Positions 17,025 to 20,000 of a stretch of DNA of 20,000 nt are shown piece by piece. The notes under the pieces are model-generated. The model was not told the DNA's origin. It saw only the letters and a list, made by a program, of their open reading frames with translations, and searched no databases. This DNA comes from an uncultured virus (IMG/VR IMGVR_UViG_3300042882_001870) (lineage: Duplodnaviria > Heunggongvirae > Uroviricota > Caudoviricetes), in the IMG/VR virus record IMGVR_UViG_3300042882_001870; one strand, 5' to 3'. How positions within the stretch are numbered: the stretch's first letter is position 1; each line of letters opens with the position of its first letter. The position numbers and the translations under genes are program-made.

Positions 17025-17594
17025 ATGGCTAATTACCAACCTTTTAACATTTCCACTTTTGTCAATAACATGACCTTTGATGGAGCCAGACCTAACCTTT
17101 TCGACATAACTTTTGAAGCTCAATCAGAAAATGTTGGAGACAACTTTACATTAAGAGCCGAATCTACTTCCCTTCCTGGTTCCAGTATTGGTACCGCTTC
17201 TGCATATTTTTTCGGCAGAGAAGCGAAATTTGCTGGTAATAGAAGATTTGATAATTGGACTGTTCAAATTCTAGTTGATGAACAAGATTTTAAAAGCGGA
17301 CCAAGATTCTTCTTAGAAAGTTGGATGAATAAATTGAATGGTCACGTTGCAAACGTTAGAGATTCAGCAAAAATCACACCAAACGACTACCAAAAAGATG
17401 GATACGTTAGGCATTATAGTAAAGACGGTAAAGGTATTCTAGCAGAATATAAAATGGTCCAGTGCTTTCCAGTAGATATTTCTCCAATTAATTTGGGTTG
17501 GGATCAAAACGACCAAATCGAAAGATTTTCCGTAACTTTCGCAATGCAATGGTGGGAATCTAATACTGGAAGTACAGATAAGACTTCTTCTTAA
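17025..17594 (+). CDS. gp19: Tail tube protein gp19
   Basis: GARPNLF, SLPGSSIG, FFGREAKFAGNRRFDNWTV, FPVDISPINLGWD..DQIERFSVTF. Confidence 0.94.
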   Translation: MANYQPFNISTFVNNMTFDGARPNLFDITFEAQSENVGDNFTLRAESTSLPGSSIGTASAYFFGREAKFAGNRRFDNWTVQILVDEQDFKSGPRFFLESWMNKLNGHVANVRDSAKITPNDYQKDGYVRHYSKDGKGILAEYKMVQCFPVDISPINLGWDQNDQIERFSVTFAMQWWESNTGSTDKTSS

Positions 17595-17598
17595 TGTC

Positions 17599-17606
17599 TA
17601 TAAATA
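17599..17606 (+). promoter_or_regulatory. T4-type late promoter TATAAATA
   Basis: Exact consensus between gp19 and gp20. Confidence 0.75.
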
Positions 17607-17636
17607 TTGAATTAATCTTAATTATGGAATAAAAAT

Positions 17637-19295
17637 ATGGCAGATAAATCATTCAGTTTATTCGGGTTTAAATTAAAGCGTAAAGAAGAAGAAAAGGTAG
17701 ATCAAATACCAAGTTTTACTGTACCTGCTAACGAAGACGGTGCAACAACAATTTCTTCTTCTGCTTTTTATTCTCAAACTATAGACTTAGACGGAATAAC
17801 AAAAAACGAGGTTGAATTAATAACTCGCTATAGGGAAATGGCGATGCAACCAGAAATTGAATCTGCTATTGAAGATATTATTAATGAAGCTATAGTACAA
17901 AACGATGATGGAAAATCTGTAGATATCGTCACAGACAATATCGCAAAAATGTCCGACAAATTAAGAGACGCTATTGAATCAGAATTTAAAGTTGTATTAA
18001 AACTTTTAAATTATAATAATATGGCGTCTGATATTTTCAGAAGGTATTATGTAGATGGTAGATTATTTTACCACGCAATTATTGATATTACCAACCCAAA
18101 AAAAGGTATTCAAGAATTACGCTATATTGATCCAAGAAAAATTAGAAAAATTAGAGAAGTAAAAAAGCAAAAAGATAAAGAAACAGGAGTAGAAGTCGTT
18201 ACAGATGTGAGCGAATACTATATCTATAACGATAGAATGGTATCCGGCACCACAGCAACTTCAAGCGTTCAAGGTATTAAAATAGCTCCAGATTCTGTAA
18301 TCAATATCAATTCGGGGCTAATGGACGCTAGAAGAGCAGTCGTTTTAAGTTATTTACATAAAGCAATCAAGCCATTAAACCAATTAAGAATGATTGAAGA
18401 CGCTTCTGTAATTTATAAGCTATCAAGAGCTCCTTCTAGAAGAGTATTCTACGTTGATGTTGGTGATATGCCTAAAGCAAAAGCTGAACAATATCTTAGG
18501 GATATGATGACCAAATATAGAAATAAATTGGTGTATGACGCCACTACTGGAGAAGTAAGAGACGACAGAAAACATTTATCCATGCTCGAAGATTTTTGGA
18601 TGCCTAGAAGAAATAACGGAACAACTACAGAAATTAAAACTCTGGAATCTTTAGACAATTTCTCAAATATGGATATGGTAGAATATTTTGAGAGAAAATT
18701 GTATAAATCTCTGAACGTTCCCGTAAATAGATTGGACCCACAAAATGTTTATAATGTTGGTAGAAGCAGCGAAATTACAAGAGACGAATTAAAGTTTGCT
18801 AAATTTATTGACAAACTAAGAAATAAATTTTCTGATATGTTTGATCAAATCATGAGAATTCAATTAGTTTTAAAAGGGGTTTGTACAGAAGAAGAATGGG
18901 AAGAATATAAAGAGGGCGTATTTTACGACTTCGTAAAAGATAATAACTATTCTGAATTGAAAGAAGCAGAATTGATGCAAGGTCGATTGGGGATTCTTGG
19001 GATTATTGACCCTTACGTTGGGAAATATTATTCAAAAGAATGGATTCAAAGGAATGTATTAAGGTTGAATGACGACGAGATTCGACATATGAGTAAAGAG
19101 ATGGAAACCGAAAAAAAGGAAGACATAAAAAATCAAGAAGAAGATCAGAGCAATCAAATTAAATTACAAGCTCAAGCAGCGGAATTGCAGAGTAAATTGA
19201 TGCCTCAACCAGATCAACAGATTGATGCCGGACAAGAACAAGGTCAAGAATCAACACCGCAAAATCCAAATAATCCATACAACGTATATAAATAA
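17637..19295 (+). CDS. gp20: Portal protein gp20
   Basis: SLFGF, YVDGRLFYH, LRYIDPRKIRKIRE, LSYLHKAIKPLNQLRMIEDA, SMLEDFWMPRR, EITRDELKF. Confidence 0.96.
   Translation: MADKSFSLFGFKLKRKEEEKVDQIPSFTVPANEDGATTISSSAFYSQTIDLDGITKNEVELITRYREMAMQPEIESAIEDIINEAIVQNDDGKSVDIVTDNIAKMSDKLRDAIESEFKVVLKLLNYNNMASDIFRRYYVDGRLFYHAIIDITNPKKGIQELRYIDPRKIRKIREVKKQKDKETGVEVVTDVSEYYIYNDRMVSGTTATSSVQGIKIAPDSVININSGLMDARRAVVLSYLHKAIKPLNQLRMIEDASVIYKLSRAPSRRVFYVDVGDMPKAKAEQYLRDMMTKYRNKLVYDATTGEVRDDRKHLSMLEDFWMPRRNNGTTTEIKTLESLDNFSNMDMVEYFERKLYKSLNVPVNRLDPQNVYNVGRSSEITRDELKFAKFIDKLRNKFSDMFDQIMRIQLVLKGVCTEEEWEEYKEGVFYDFVKDNNYSELKEAELMQGRLGILGIIDPYVGKYYSKEWIQRNVLRLNDDEIRHMSKEMETEKKEDIKNQEEDQSNQIKLQAQAAELQSKLMPQPDQQIDAGQEQGQESTPQNPNNPYNVYK
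19287..19294 (+). promoter_or_regulatory. T4-type late promoter TATAAATA
   Basis: Formed by the last codons of gp20 (TAT AAA TAA), upstream of AGGAG and ATG 19314. Confidence 0.7.
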
Positions 19296-19313
19296 TAAAT
19301 TTAGGAGTCAATA

Positions 19314-20000
19314 ATGAACGAGAATATTTCTAAAGCGGTAGATTTCGCATTTTCTAATAACATTAGCGAAATGGGAAAAGAAATCGAAAACGCTCTAATG
19401 CAGAAAGTTTCTGACGCTCTTGCTGGTAAAAGAATCGAAGTTGCACAAACCCTAGTTCAAAACGAAAGAGAAGAACCAGTTGACGACTTTGAAGACGAAG
19501 ATTTTGAAGAATCTGAATCCATCCAAGAACTAAGCAAAGAAACCCTTCAAAGTTACGTTAATAAACGTCAATGGGATATGGGTGCTAATGAAAAGGCGCA
19601 AAAGAAAATGGATACTGGTTTAGCTAGAGCTGAAACTAAACTAAAAGGCGACCAACACAAACTTGATAAAAATAAAAATGGTAAATTAGATTCTCAAGAT
19701 TTCAAGTTATTAAGAAAAGAATCAGAAGAACTAGAAGAAAAGTTATCTGTTTCCGATGGAGCCGAAAAGTGGATCCACGATTTTGTACATTCTGACAACC
19801 CCAAGTTTGAAGGTAAATCCAAGAAAGAAAGAATTCAAATGGCTCTTGGTGCCTTTTATGCCGCTAAGAAAGCGACCAACGAAGAAGTTGAAGAACTTGA
19901 CGAAATCTCCTCAAAATTAGCGTATAGAGCTGCAAGTAAGAGAGGGGAACGAATGTCCAAAGCATGGCGAGCTAATGATATGGACACTTTCGAAAAAGAA
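19314..20000 (+). CDS. Prohead core protein gp67-like N-terminus with long modular extension (3' truncated by window)
   Basis: Not in the ORF track because it runs off the end. AGGAG RBS, ATG 19314, open for 229 codons: MNENISKAVDFAFSNNISEMGKEIENALMQKVSDALAGKRIEVAQTL, an acidic tract, then further modules. Its position after the portal matches gp67. Confidence 0.75.
   Translation, partial: MNENISKAVDFAFSNNISEMGKEIENALMQKVSDALAGKRIEVAQTLVQNEREEPVDDFEDEDFEESESIQELSKETLQSYVNKRQWDMGANEKAQKKMDTGLARAETKLKGDQHKLDKNKNGKLDSQDFKLLRKESEELEEKLSVSDGAEKWIHDFVHSDNPKFEGKSKKERIQMALGAFYAAKKATNEEVEELDEISSKLAYRAASKRGERMSKAWRANDMDTFEKE

Noticed and set aside
3344..18658. Short minus-strand or nested ORFs in the track (e.g. 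3344..3577, 9642..9881, 12669..12929, 14513..14842, 16331..16774, 18449..18658)
   Set aside because: They lie antisense to or inside well-supported conserved genes and show no motifs or expression signals.

Overview
AT-rich segment of a T4-like (myovirus) phage genome. All real genes lie on the + strand and several carry T4-type late promoters (TATAAATA). The left half (1-9271) is an accessory fibre region. It holds two tandem collagen-like (Gly-X-Gln) fibre genes ending in S74-type intramolecular chaperone domains, then a four-gene modification cassette (two 2OG-Fe(II) oxygenases, a GT2-TPR-2OG fusion, a GT2-methyltransferase fusion), a small Trp/Pro-rich protein, a glycine-rich gp38-like protein, and a hairpin-enclosed late promoter in front of a 22-codon orphan copy of the fibre N-terminus. 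The right half (9264-20000) is the conserved T4 morphogenesis block gp13-14-15-16-17-18-19-20-(67-like). The most striking feature is the fractured terminase large subunit. It is encoded as two genes joined by a naturally, atypically split intein (31-aa IntN, 105-aa IntC), with a free-standing HNH endonuclease gene and its own late promoter between the halves. All calls come from reading motifs; no database search was run.
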